Shown: positions 1-12,090 of the stretch, one piece after another
How the letters are laid out: the number at the start of each line of letters is the position of its first letter
Numbering within the stretch: the first letter of the stretch is position 1
NCBI GenBank assembly: GCA_946965045.2
Contig: OX337240.1
Location: 2,046,001 to 2,110,000 of the forward strand
Source: Epithemia pelagica
Taxonomy: Eukaryota; Protista; Bacillariophyta
Direction of reading: 5' to 3'
Length of the DNA: 64,000 bases
Translations under genes and position numbers: made by a program
Notes under the pieces: model-generated
Database searches by the model: none
Seen by the model: the letters and a program-made list of their open reading frames with translations, nothing else
What the model was told of the DNA's origin: nothing

Positions 1-640
1 TGCATGTCTGCAGCCTTTTCCACCTATCAGAACAACTGGCAGGCCATTTCCATTGGCCAGCATGGCACACAGGTCGAGATGGATGGCAATGTGCCAGTGA
101 AGTGGATGTGCCTTGACACCACAATGGTGAAAGGCATAGATGGGTTGAGATTGATGCAGTGTGGATCAGACATGATTTTGATTTGTGGCTGATAGTGAGG
201 TGTTCTTCTCTATCCTGTGATGTTGGTCCACAGTTGGTTGTAGTGGGCTGTGTGTCGGCGGGAATGGAATGTAAGATGCCAAAAGGATGATAACTATGAA
301 CTATGTGATTACTAGGTTCATCCCTCCGTGGAAGTTTCATCTCATTTCGTTGGTGAGTTGCTACATTGGTCCTATTTTTTGGGGGAGCCCTAGGTGGTTG
401 TGTCCCAGACCTTTCTTTTGTTGCATACCGAATAGAATGTGGGATGTTCTCCAGGCTCCAGGTGATATAATGACCACCTCATCAAAGATGATATTGATAT
501 AGAAGTACTTCCAGATGTCAAAATCAACACCTGCTTGGATGTGGGAGAAGCACAATGACATACAATCTGAAAACTGGAAGTTTCCCAACATCCCACACTA
601 CTCCAATGGAGCCAGGGAAATGGTCGGCAATACAGTCCTG
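1..640 (-). mobile_element. Decayed non-LTR retrotransposon (LINE) 3' remnant
   Basis: Broken minus-strand frames include GCWETSSFQIVCHC, which resembles the CCHC knuckle near LINE ORF2 C-termini. Many stops and frameshifts. Confidence 0.3.
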
Positions 641-1073
641 TGTTTGTGAATGAAACTGGGAAGGAAACAGCTTGACTTCTTCTAATTTTTGAGGTACTTC
701 AAAAGTATGGTTTGATGAAAGATGGTAAGTGAAATGCCTTCAGAACAAATTCAAAGAAGAGAAAGATATGACATGATGAACAAAACCATAATATAACAAG
801 GTCTCATTCTATGTGGCCAATCCTGAGGTTTTCACAATGGAAAGGAATCCCTGAACATAATAATGGCTTTTCTTTGACAGCCTTAGCCCTTGAAAAAGCA
901 GCTCAAGAGAATCAATTTCAGAATCTCCAAATATTTCTGTTTCCAATCGAAGGCATCATAAATATTGTACAATTCGCGCTCTCGCAGAAAACGAACAGGA
1001 TCAAGCGGGTACGACCGGAAACAGCCAGGAGACGAACGGAAACGACCTTAATCGGAGGGAGGAAAAGCTCCGA

Positions 1074-4007
1074 TTGCTGGTGCAAATGCTGGCTGCCAAA
1101 GTCTCAGAACGGTTCGTCCCGGCCCCCTCGGAGGACGAACGCACCATCGATGCGATTAATGGAATCGGTGATTTCAAAACGCGGTGCCGCTGGGCCGAAT
1201 ACTGGCGGAATGAACACAAGGACCGCGTCGAAACCGAGCAAGCAGTGTGGGCAAGCTATTACCATAACAACCCGAGCTTGCTCACCCCTAGTCAATGGGA
1301 AAAGTCACTCTCCGACCCCGAGTGGCAATGGCCCGACCCGTATTCTGGCAAAAACTACGAAGAAGAACTGGAAGAGGAAAAGAAAAACCTCGCCAAATCC
1401 GGTCTCAACAGCGGAGCGAAACCAGAAAACAAAAAGAAGAGTGCTCCAGTCGGCTCCAACGAACTCGAATGCTTCTTAAAGCAAGTAGAAGAAGCAGTCC
1501 TAGCCGAGTCCCTTGCGAACAAAAAAAGCCGAAACGAAAGTAAACTTTCGTTGGAATTCAAGGACCTTCTCAAAATGCTGAAAGAGCACGATCTTGTCGT
1601 CATCCCCACAGACAAGACAAACTCCTTTGCAATGATGTCAACGAGAGAGTATGCAAAAGAAATCAACAAGCACCTCGCCAAAAATGCAGTCGCAATCGAA
1701 AGGAACCGACTCACTGAAATAGTGGACAACTGCTTCTCCTTCATCCAAGAACTAGACCCATACATCTCAACCAACGAACGAGAGTATCTCAAGGAGAAAG
1801 TCCAATCCAAAGCAATCCCCAACCCCAAAATCCTGGTTAAGGACCACAAAAAACCAGGACCAGATGGAAAATTCCCAACCCGCCTAGTAGTCCCTGCCAC
1901 CAATTTCACAGCAGGATTCCCTAAAATTGGCTACCTTGGGATCAAGAACTTGTTCAAAGAACACAATGTGGACTACGGACAAAGGAACATCGTCCAAGCG
2001 TCCGATCTCAAAACCAAGCTTGAGAACCTACCTATCAACTTCGGAAATTCGACAATTGTCTCGGTAGACGCAGAAGCGATGTACCCGTCGATCAAATTCC
2101 AATTGATCTACGACGCGGTACTCTACTACGCCGACGCACTACCTCCAGAAACCCACAGAACAATCAATCTCTGTTTAGATCTCATCTACTTCGGTATGAC
2201 GAATACCCTGATCATGTTCCAAGATCAGTACTACCTCTACGATGGGGACCTTAAACCAGAAGAACGTGGTTTAACAATTGGCGGGTATGAGTCAGCTTGG
2301 CTCGCAGACCTTGTAATTTCGTATCTTCTCGAAGCCACATACGACTCTCTATACAACCCAATGCACTACTTCGGCATGTACAGAGACGACGGTCTAGCAG
2401 TGTTCAAAGGGCGACGATCCACCAAGGAAATCCAAGACTGGTTACACGCATTCCAGTCAGACGTCAATGACATAGCTGGGAATGAGTTCCTAAAATTCAC
2501 AGCGGTCATCTGGGATCCCACAAACCACCACGACCCAGCCTCAATCCAATCTCCAACAACCTCCATCCTTAAAACCGAAGCCTTCCCCTTCCTTAATATG
2601 GAAATGCTATGGAACACAAACTCGGAGCTGTCTTTTAGGGTGCACCTCAAAGAGAACCAACAACTCAAGTACCTTAACAAAGGCAGCGCCCACACACCGG
2701 GCTGCTTCAAGGCCATTCCAAGTGGTGTCATCAAAAGACTGACAAAGCTGACGTCCATTGACAAAAACAACACCGACAGCAAACTCTCAGATCTTTACCC
2801 AACCCACTTCGAAGCCTTGTCCAACGCAAAACTGATCAAAGAAGAGAACGTCCCCACCCTGGGCGCATCCAAAACCCAAATGGCTAAAGAGGCAGCAGAC
2901 ACAGCTTCACAAGCCCTGAAAAAGAGAAGAGAGAGAGACCGAAAGCGCGCTATCTACTTCAAAATCGGGTTCACCGATTTTTGGCGCAAACCGGTCCACA
3001 AGATAATCAAGGAAATAAAGGCCAAATTTCCGTCGCTTTCTTGGCTCCGTGTCTCGATGTCATACCACCGTTTTAACAACATCAGAGAGCACTTCCAAGG
3101 AGACCTAAACGCGAAACTAGCAGACGGTCTCAACTCTTTAGACTTCGAGGATTTGGACTGCAACTGCAGGAAGAAGGAACTTTGCCCCTACGGCGGACGA
3201 TGCAGACGGTCAATTGTGGTCCACAAGGCCACTTGCCTACAGTCTGGCAAGCAGTATATCGGCAACACGCAACAACACGTCAAGAAAAGAATGCAACAAC
3301 ACGTTCAAGACGTCAAGAGCCTTGTCGTTCACAACAAACAATCAGACTCGTTTGCAAGCCACTTCGCAAGCTTGGTACCCCGTGGAATCGAGAGAAAGGA
3401 AATCAAGAAGCACGTCAAGCTCAAGGTGGAAATCCTCTGGCAGGGGAAACCCCTATCAACAGTGAAAACGTTCGGAACACGCAACTGCAAATTATGTGCA
3501 AAAGAAAGACTAGCCATTTTGAAATTCACCAGAGAACAACCGAAACAAGCCATCAATAAGTGCAATGAGGTCTATGGCGCCTGCCGCCATGAACCGAGAT
3601 TCCACCGGTTCAAGACAAACGACAAACCCAGCACTGATGAGTCGGACGACGACGAAAGAGTCATCTTCTGTCGCCTGGTATCGACTAGATCAACGGACTC
3701 AAGGTCATCAGTATTCACGTGGACGACTTCCTCCTCATTCTCACCAACCGCCGACTCTCCTACAAATGAAGAAAGCGATCAGGGCACGGACATGAGGAGC
3801 GATAGTATCATTGATACGATCCCGCCCATGTCATACCAAGAAAGAAGACGACTGGGACTCCAAGCTAGATTCTCATTCAGTTCACCCAAAGATACACCAC
3901 CTGTGTTTATCGTGGGCGACGGAAAACTAGAGGAGCTCCCTATCGTTGATGCCCTGATCCCCGATGTAGAAAATATCGGCGACCGAGTGCGAGTGGAAGC
4001 AGATTAG
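1074..4007 (+). CDS. PLE reverse transcriptase / GIY-YIG endonuclease polyprotein (977 aa, uninterrupted)
   Basis: RT motifs VSVDAEAMYPSI, RGLTIGGYESAWLADL and MYRDDG. Cys cluster DCNC..CPYGGRC, GIY-YIG variant VVHKATC..GKQYIGNT..KRMQQH, then CKLCAKE and CRH. First ATG is at 1086. Confidence 0.9.
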   Translation: MLVQMLAAKVSERFVPAPSEDERTIDAINGIGDFKTRCRWAEYWRNEHKDRVETEQAVWASYYHNNPSLLTPSQWEKSLSDPEWQWPDPYSGKNYEEELEEEKKNLAKSGLNSGAKPENKKKSAPVGSNELECFLKQVEEAVLAESLANKKSRNESKLSLEFKDLLKMLKEHDLVVIPTDKTNSFAMMSTREYAKEINKHLAKNAVAIERNRLTEIVDNCFSFIQELDPYISTNEREYLKEKVQSKAIPNPKILVKDHKKPGPDGKFPTRLVVPATNFTAGFPKIGYLGIKNLFKEHNVDYGQRNIVQASDLKTKLENLPINFGNSTIVSVDAEAMYPSIKFQLIYDAVLYYADALPPETHRTINLCLDLIYFGMTNTLIMFQDQYYLYDGDLKPEERGLTIGGYESAWLADLVISYLLEATYDSLYNPMHYFGMYRDDGLAVFKGRRSTKEIQDWLHAFQSDVNDIAGNEFLKFTAVIWDPTNHHDPASIQSPTTSILKTEAFPFLNMEMLWNTNSELSFRVHLKENQQLKYLNKGSAHTPGCFKAIPSGVIKRLTKLTSIDKNNTDSKLSDLYPTHFEALSNAKLIKEENVPTLGASKTQMAKEAADTASQALKKRRERDRKRAIYFKIGFTDFWRKPVHKIIKEIKAKFPSLSWLRVSMSYHRFNNIREHFQGDLNAKLADGLNSLDFEDLDCNCRKKELCPYGGRCRRSIVVHKATCLQSGKQYIGNTQQHVKKRMQQHVQDVKSLVVHNKQSDSFASHFASLVPRGIERKEIKKHVKLKVEILWQGKPLSTVKTFGTRNCKLCAKERLAILKFTREQPKQAINKCNEVYGACRHEPRFHRFKTNDKPSTDESDDDERVIFCRLVSTRSTDSRSSVFTWTTSSSFSPTADSPTNEESDQGTDMRSDSIIDTIPPMSYQERRRLGLQARFSFSSPKDTPPVFIVGDGKLEELPIVDALIPDVENIGDRVRVEAD
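3634..3662 (+). ncRNA. Hammerhead-ribozyme-like catalytic core (candidate)
   Basis: CTGATGA (3634-3640), stem II GTCG/CGAC with a 5-nt loop, GAAA (3654-3657), then gag-TC. Proximal stem I does not pair well. Confidence 0.4.
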
Positions 4008-4960
4008 TCCGTCCGAAGACACGCCAGCCTGCGCATTAGCGAGCGGGAAGTAGAACACTCCTAGTCCTAGGATAGAAAAGAACCTAAACTAACATCCACA
4101 CTCTTTGCTGTTTATCCAATCTGATAAATATGGACACCCACATAAAAGATGCTACCGACAAGGTGGCCACCTGCACAAACACTTGTCCAAATGGAGTGTG
4201 CTACATTGATGACTGAGTTAGATCCCAAGAAGATTGATGTGCACCTCACATTCCTGAAGACCACAGGGAAGGAGATCCAATCATTCCTCAACTCAGTCTC
4301 GTGTTCCACCACCCAGTCTCGTGTTCCACCACAACTATCCCTGACAATGAGCAAGATTTCATTTGGTATGGAACTTTCTATCAAATTCATCCATTTCTCC
4401 CCAAGGACAACGAAGAACAACGAACTGAATGCATCACCAGCACCAAAACAATTGACTTCCACTGTCAGACAAAGTGCACCGTCGTCCACTTCCCTGCAGC
4501 ACTGCCTACACCTGCGGCCAGACATTGGGCACAACTATACACCCTCCCCTGTTTGAAATGTGGAAGATCTCTGTGATTGTCGAGGCCACGAGGCCAACCG
4601 ACTCCTCAGTACCAGACAACACAGAGTTCAACCTAGTTTTAATGAGGTTTTTATGAATGTTTGCCTCGTCGAGGTCCCTCCCGGTGGTAGATGGACAAGC
4701 TGACGGGCTGTATCTCTTGCCGGCTGCGGGAAGACGGCAGATTCAAATCGTTGTAATCTGTGAATTACTCTTTCGAGAGATCTTTGAAAAATTGTGATGA
4801 TGGGAAATGCCAGCACACCCATGAAGGGTAGAGGTTGGGGTGCCATTTTTTTTCGTTGGACAGGTCTGGATTTGGCCGTGAAGTAACAATGGAGTGCTGT
4901 GAATCCCATGACTCGACGTCCCAGCAGATGGAAATGATTTGGATTTTGCTGCATGCACCA

Positions 4961-5067
4961 AATGCATGACTATAGACACACTATCTGAGATTGAGACACA
5001 ACTGTTGCAACGCAATAAATGCATTACTATACACACGCCATCTGAGATTGAGACACAACTGTTGCAA
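4961..5067. repeat. Tandem duplication, 57-bp period
   Basis: aatgcat..actata..cac..atctgagattgagacacaactgttgcaa occurs at 4961 and 5018. Confidence 0.9.
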
Positions 5068-6834
5068 TTGTTCCTTGACATCGTTCAAAGATTTGAACCA
5101 GTTTCTTTTTCATTGAATTTCCAATTGATGGTAATAAGTGGTCATTCATTGTAGCAAAGCTTGTAACGTTGATCTGTTTCCATTGTTGAAAATCGTATAC
5201 AACATGCAATTGACCATGCAATTGACCAAGATTCTTCAATAAATCATCATAATGGAAAGAGAAATCAGTAGAAGAGCAATGCAAATTGGGATGCCTTTGG
5301 AAATGGCAGGGTACATGTTCGGATTGAATGTATCATTGTTGGAAGGTATGATCGGCACTGTTTTGTACAAAAGTGACATTCCACAAGAAATGGTTGGGCA
5401 AGAAGTATCCGTTTGTTGTGTTTGAGGTAAAGGGTACTTGGAATTCTTGGCGGCTCCTCCATAGCCACACAATTTCCACTCGCATGACATGTCACAGTTA
5501 GTGACAATCATCAATGCGAGCACACCCAAAAGACGGGGTATGAGGACTGTGGCAGCTTCTGCTATCTCCGAGAACAGCACAGAGAATATTCTGCGAACGT
5601 TTCTTTTCGTTTCACCGCCAATGACACAGAGAAGGGGGATGGCATCATTGCGAGACGATGTCATGGGGTTTGATTGATCATTGTATTTGAGGCCACCAAG
5701 AGTATAGTTGGAATGCCTGTCTAGCGTGGCACCATCAAGGGTCTGTGCCATCATAAGATTTCGTTCCATTCCTTCTTCGACAAGATCTTTTTAAGTCACA
5801 CATTCCCGGATCATGTCCGCAGGGCGACAATAAAACCCTTCGGCTCCATCATTTGAGTTGCGAATAATCTTGTATGGAATGATTTCATTCCTATACTCTT
5901 CCACAATAGCAGCCATTTTCTTAATAGATCCTGCGCTCGGAAACATTGTTCTCTGGTGCTTAGTTCCGTTCGTCTCGCATCGGCGCAGGATTTCTATTCC
6001 GCCGTAATTTAAAACACCCCCGGCAAGATCCATCTCTTTCAGAATCCGAAAAGGAGTAAGGACATTTTGACGCATATATAGCCGGAGAACCTCCAATAAA
6101 CGGTCTCTAAGCTTGAAATTGTGTATGTCTTCGTATAAGAGCATGTCGCAAAGAATCTTGAAGAAAGAGTCCGAACGGTGGCTCGTATATGCATGATTCT
6201 TTATGCTTCGGACAATCACTTTCTTGATATGAGCTACAATAGCTTTTGATCGGTCATCGTCAGTACACGAGGAAGGAAAGTTGCCATGTAATTGCTGAAG
6301 ATCTTTGATTTTTGATTCGAGATCAAGGATCTTGTCTGTCTTGGCTTTCATGTCGACGGCATGTTGTCGTTGCTTGCGTTTGAACTCGCGAATTTCGTCT
6401 CTCAGTAGGTCGTTTGCTGCTCACATGACATCCATTTGGTGTTGGGGTGACAGGCGAGGTCGGCCATGGTTGTCTCGTACAGATCGTTGACTGGTTGATG
6501 GTGAAATGGTGGTCGTCGTCTGGTTTGGGGCCGGGCGAGATAGAGACGTGCCGGAATCCTGACTTGTTAGCAGCGTAGATCGACGCAAAGGAGATGTGTT
6601 TCCAACAATTGTATTCAACGACGATAGTGGTTGCGGCCTAGTAGATTGGCTTGTTGCAACATTTCCAATATTGTTATCTTGAGGTGGGCTTGGTCTTGGT
6701 TTTTTGGTACGACGAAGTGGTGAGGGAGGGGGTGGACATGCAACTACTACATTGGGCATTGTTGTCGAGGATGCAGTTTCGGACGCAGTATTCGATGCTA
6801 GTTGGCAGAATATAGGTGAAGATTCGTCAGGCAT
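5030..6834 (-). pseudogene. Decayed DDE-type transposase with RAG1/Transib/Chapaev-like core spacing
   Basis: ORFs 6421-6834, 5791-6351 and 5236-5769 share one frame separated by single stops (TGA 6421-6423, TAA 5791-5793). Motifs TLDGATL, SSRNDAIPLLCVIGGET and NCDMSCEWKLCGYGGAAKNSKYP. Frameshift near 5430. Confidence 0.5.
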
Positions 6835-8584
6835 TGTCGTGTTAGGACGAGGATATCAATAAATCATGGGGGGTGACTTGTCCTTGTGAGTGGGGTGTGC
6901 AACATCAGTGTGATTAGCACGACATTTCCAGGGTCCATTTTTTGTCTTTCGGTCGAGATTCACTCCTTCCGATTTCTCCAAGTCGTCCGTGTCTTTACAG
7001 TTGCTGCAAAAGAAGTAGCCCCTGAAAAGTTGATACCTGTACTGTCCATATATGGAACGCGGCTTCTTATTGCTGTCACGGACGTCGGCACGAAGCTCGG
7101 CGATTCGACGCCATTTGTCATAGCTAACGCCAAGAGAGATAGCTCACTTCTTTTTTTTGTTGCGAGCGAGTTTGTTTGTTTGGAGATGGAGGTCGGCTTG
7201 ATATTGCCATGGATTGTTGTCGGGTGATGGTTTGGCAAGAAAAAGCAGGCATGGGGGCCTCCGGCTCGTTTGCTTCCGATCCAGAGGACGGTCACGACTT
7301 CCGCTTCTTCCGTTTGCGTCTCGGAGATGGACTCCTTGAGACGTCCTTCCGAATGGGAGGGTCCATTGTATATATTCCAAACTTTGATGGGAAGCATTGT
7401 GAAGATGATACTATCAAACGACCATTAATGAGGGTGGAGAGTTCGTCCAAATTTGTGCGTATATGCGATCAAAGAAAGAATGAAGCGCGACTTCAGTGTT
7501 ATGATGGTATACGTGTCTGTATATATTTTGCCGTTGTGCCACGCATGAAGAGTGAAATTTTGGTGCGCGACGATTTTTTGTCAAATTTTTTGGGGAAGCC
7601 AATTTCAACAGCCAAATTGGGCATTAGAAAGTGGCGGCAAGTGTGATTTTCTTTCGGAATAAGAATCTACATACCTCAAAATACCTTATTCCGAATGAAT
7701 ATAACACTTGGTGTGCTTCGATTGTTGTTCATTTGCGTATTTTTGTGGGACTCGGATGATTCTTGGGCGTTATATTTAACAAAAAAACCAGAGTACTTAT
7801 TTTTCCATATAAAGGAGTCGTTTCTGAGTAGGTTTCTGAGACGTTGGGGGAGAGGCCTGCGTGCAGATTGGAACTGGAGTGCTTCTATTGAACAAGGTTT
7901 GTCACTCTACAAGAGCCTTTGGGGAATGTGTTGGATATTTAAAAATGTTTTGAAATGTTTTGCAGAAGAATAAAAAATGGGGTTGGCCATCGTTTATTGG
8001 ATTATTCAGGAAGGGAAGGGAAGGGAAAAGTGACGAAATTGAAGAAGCTGAAGAAAACGAAATGTGAGAGAAGTTGCTGAATTATTCCTTCGTCTGGGGG
8101 TGTATGAACGGAACATTTTTTGGAGTTATTCAAAACCAGAAGTTTGCAAGTTTCAAATTGGATACTGCATCTGGATATATAAGGAAACTTGATCCTTCGT
8201 TGTTGATAGAACCATACATGGATCTTCTGTACTCCAAACAAGGGCAGTGGTCATGTAAAGAATCATTCTCGAACAGAAATTTGACCAAACGGAGAATATG
8301 GATTCAGCAGTCCATATGATCACAGTATCCATGGGAAAAAGCACAACATCCCGGAAGAAATGCGTGCTGTGATGGAAAAGTTGTGCATTAAGAAGCAGTA
8401 CTTTTGATCTTTGTCGTGAAGAGGCAAAACCATGTACCTGTGAGAACATTAAGAAGAGTTGCTTTTTTGACTTTTCCTATTGTATGCCAACCACGGGTCG
8501 TCAATTTCCACTGTCATCTTTGATTCCACGAAAAATATACACGAAAAATATTGGTCGTCTTTCATTATTGCTGTGTCCTCATCT

Positions 8585-8915
8585 TCCTTGTGGCCAACAA
8601 TAGTCCATAATCTGGAATTGGTTGCCTTCAACGTCACATTGTGCATACATGTTCTCAGCTATAACATTTGCAGCATCTTCAGCATGACCACCATTGACAA
8701 ACCCAACTTCATAAACTCCTATGTCCAGTATGGGGTTGGCATGATCATGTCTAATGGGTTTGCCTTCAGTGTCACGTTTGCGCCTGATCACCCGCCCTGC
8801 AATCATGTGGTCCCCTTTAGGCAGTGATACCTCTGCACCAACATATTGATTGTATGTATCTGGAGTTGGTTCTTCATGGTCAGCATCCTTTGCATGACAG
8901 ATGCCATCCTCATCA
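8585..8915 (-). mobile_element. pol: Ty1/copia (CoDi-type) pol fragment, integrase-RT linker
   Basis: EPTPDTYNQYVGAEVSLPKG..RRKRDTEGKPI..NPILD..YEV..AANVIAENMYAQCDVEG. Confidence 0.8.
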
Positions 8916-9399
8916 TGCTTTGTTGATATAGGTTGAAACCTAATCAGGATTAGACTGGGGAGAACAGGAGGCGGATAAAGTTGGTTGTGGAGGAAGTAGC
9001 AACAGCTGGGTTTCGGGGCTGTGGGTTCTCTCCTGTTGAAACTGAAAGGACAATATGAGACATTGAAAGACAAAACAATCAAACAGAAAAAGCAACATAA
9101 AAGAAGATGATTCGGCTGATTTCCCTTTGGGAGATAAGGAGGGGGGAGTGTACCAGTTGGCTGTGATAGCCTTGGCGTACGATGAGGACGTAAACTCCTG
9201 GTACTTGAAACTCGCACGGTCGGTTTTGTTCACTAAGAATTGGGGCACACCAGCATTCGCCACCTTTGAGATTCCTGTGCAGCGCCCAGTGCGGGAAGTA
9301 GCTTTTTGCCACTGGGGATGCCCACATCTTCGGAACAAAAATTTCGCATTCTGGTTGGCCCAGTTCTTCCCCAACTGTCCGGCAGGGTGCATGGGTGGG

Positions 9400-9720
9400 G
9401 GTCTTTTGGTTTGTAAGGCTTATCAGGATCTTTGAGGTCAAGGACTTCAAGGGCATGTTGATATTGTAGGTTGTGTCGATCGAAATTGCTCCCAACATAT
9501 CCAATGAGGAATTCAACATTCCTCAGGTACCGACGTGACTGAGGGTCTTCAGTATAGTTGAAGGTACATTCCTTCTAACGTTGGCTCTTGCCCGTGAAAC
9601 TTGTTGTTTGATTGTTGCCCTGATGTTTGGCTCTGATTCGATCGTCCACCTCGTCATCTGCGTCCTCTACCGCGTCCTCCCTGACCACTGTTACCACGGG
9701 AGCTGGACTCAACCGTGTCA
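9400..9720 (-). mobile_element. gag: Copia gag N-terminal fragment
   Basis: GGRGRG..SNNKFHGQEPTLEG, then after a frameshift FNYTEDPQSRRYLRNVEFLIGYVG. Homologous to the gag starts at 13360 and 61296. Confidence 0.65.
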
Positions 9721-9909
9721 GGGCGTGTTTGAGAACCTTGTTGGGACGACATTACTAGACAATGGCAATGCTATCACGATGGCGGCGATGTTCTTCGTGC
9801 TTGTTTGTTACCGGATTCCAAATCCGAATGAAATGATATAAGGTTCCGTGCCTTGAAACGGTCCCTTGTAGGTGTGTTCACGCTACGGCCTCTTTTAACT
9901 TGAGTGAAT

Positions 9910-10391
9910 TCAAGATCCATATGCGAGTCCCTTTGGGAATCCACTTCGGCGGCCTTCCACGCTGTGAAGGAATGTCCGGATAGCTTCTGGTTCCAACCCA
10001 TCTGATGCTTGCGGGTCTCCAGGAACGTCTTGAGGGCTTTCGTCTTTGCCGGTCGTACCGACAACTTCATGTTCTTCAGACGCATCCATCGGTTCCTCCA
10101 ATCCGTCAACACCGCTCGTCACAGCTTCTGGTTCCAAACCATCTGAAGCTTGCGGGTCTCCGGGAACATCTTGAGGAACTTCGTCATTGTGTTCGTCCCA
10201 ACAACTTGATGCTCTTCGGGTGCATCTTGAGGACCTTGAGCGTCTTCCAGAGTCGGTTCAATTGCACTGGGGACACTTTCCACCATTTCTGGTGTCACAT
10301 ACGGGGCGCGTACAACCTCTTCCGCACTGGGCACACTCTCCACTGTTTCTGGCTCCATCGTTGACCAGTGGACAACTTCTAGCTTAATCAT
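9910..10391 (-). repeat. Degenerate tandem repeats encoding an acidic Pro/Glu-rich peptide
   Basis: Repeated blocks such as atctga(t/a)gcttgcgggtctcc and cactgggcacact. Translates to EPEAV..PQDVPGDPQASDGLEPEA and ETVESVPSA repeats. Confidence 0.6.
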
Positions 10392-11569
10392 GTTTTCTGT
10401 TGTATGAGTCAGTTTCCATCTTATCGTAAGTGGTTAGAAGTTGGGGTGGCATTGTTGGAGTGTCATCAGAATCATCATTGGAGAAAACCATCAAGCTCCT
10501 AGATGGTGCTGCTGTTTATGATTTGGTTGTCATTCTAGAATCAGGTCTTGTCTAATAAATTCCTGCTGATTTTGGACAGGAACGCACACGAGAAACGGCA
10601 ATCGAAGTTAGCAGCGCGACACCAGATTTCGAACGAGCGAGTAAGGTATTTTCAAGTACAATTGGAGTACCCATTGATGTTCCAATGGTCCGGCATTTAT
10701 ATGCAAGTTGTTTTGTTTCACGTCGTGAAAATTCTGAGAGTCAAGAAATCACCGGCAAGGAATTGTTTGTTCAGCGGAATCCTGCTGAAATTTTGGATCT
10801 CACAGAGACGTAATGTAAGGCGTAATGTAAGGAAGAGCACTTTCACGTCATATGGGCTATCGGTGGGCATGATAACGCAAGTCAACACCCTCTAACCAAT
10901 ACTCATGATTGGTCTAGTCTCCACAATGCCGATCAAACGGTCCCCAGTATGTGTTCTTCTTCCTTTTTTGCTTCATCCTCTCCGGATGTTTCTCATAATC
11001 TTGATGCTCTTTTTGCTGAGCAATGTCACATCCAGACTGGCCCTCCACTGGCTTCGCCGGCCGAGACTGCCATCCTCAAGCCCCAATCCTTGAGGACCGT
11101 GAACAGTTGTTCAAGATCTACGGCCGTGGAGTGGATATCGCCCATATCTACGACTTGTCCTCCCCTGGAGGCAACGAAGAATACCAACGCTTCCCCTGAC
11201 CCAATCCTACGGATGCTGTCATCGCTGACATCGTTGATCCCAATAATGGTTTTTCGATCTAACCTAGATCATTATGAAGATGTCTATTCATCTGTTTCTG
11301 TCTTGGACTCTCCTAGTCTACCTAGTGTCCCTTGTCTGTCCCTCTCACCATTGTGATGGCTCGATCCATTGGTGGAGTCGCGAAGTCAGTCCCGTTGTGC
11401 ACCCTGCTCGATTCAGGCGCCGACGAGCTGGGCATGCTGTTGTTGGGACCGACTGATGAAGAACCGTAGTGGGCAAAAAGACCAGACCGTGATGGTAGCG
11501 GTATTCAAGCCATTGGCCATTCGGGGCCGAAACGAAAAGGCGAGATGATGGACGATCCAGGTAGGAGAG

Positions 11570-12090
11570 TCACTTCCGGAATGTAGATGAGTCACCAAAG
11601 TACCATTTTCGGAGAGATTTCGACAAGCGCCGTTGCTGTGGTGAATTGAGTAGACTGTTCAGAAATTTCCGCCACTTTGTCCATGACTTGGGACCAGGCC
11701 GACGTTGATAAGGAATGAGGCCGCGGTGTTGTGTCAAAACATCAATACGTCCATCGTATGCAGCCCTGGTTATAGTTGATCCTTTGCGGGTAGCAATATC
11801 ACTAACGAAAGTCACTCCAAGATAGATCCTGCATGCGTTGATCAACTTTAGGTCGGTCAGGGACGTAGTACGTGCAAGGGCTAAAGCCATCAGGTAGGCA
11901 TCAGATTCTCACTGCAAGTCTGGTACAAAAGTTTGTTCGAGTTCAACGCAACAGTCCACTGTTGACAAGAAAGATCGCATCTGTATGTGATGTGGAGGGG
12001 GAAAGTTGTAGTGGTATGTTGCTGGGGAGCCCAACGGGCAATAATGTAGCTATAGTCGTCTACATAGTAATTTTGGGGAAAGGTAGGTAC
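11570..12090 (-). mobile_element. LINE ORF2 post-RT fragment
   Basis: LKLINACRIYLGVTFVSDIA..G..I..AAYDG..PYQRRPGPKSWTKWRKFL, a typical stramenopile LINE post-RT block. Upstream frame reads FLSTVDCCVELEQTFVPDLQ. Confidence 0.7.

Larger units (their letters stand above)
970..4085 (+). mobile_element. Penelope-like retroelement (PLE), probably 5'-truncated
   Basis: Single long RT + GIY-YIG ORF. The frame stays open upstream of 1074 (back to 894) without an ATG, suggesting truncation. Ends are approximate; no pLTR duplication seen. Confidence 0.85.

Noticed and set aside
811-1909. ORFs 811-1479 (+) and 1355-1909 (-)
   Set aside because: Alternative-frame or antisense shadows of the PLE ORF.
7695-8450. 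Short ORFs that look like a decayed gene
   Set aside because: No recognisable family; left unannotated.
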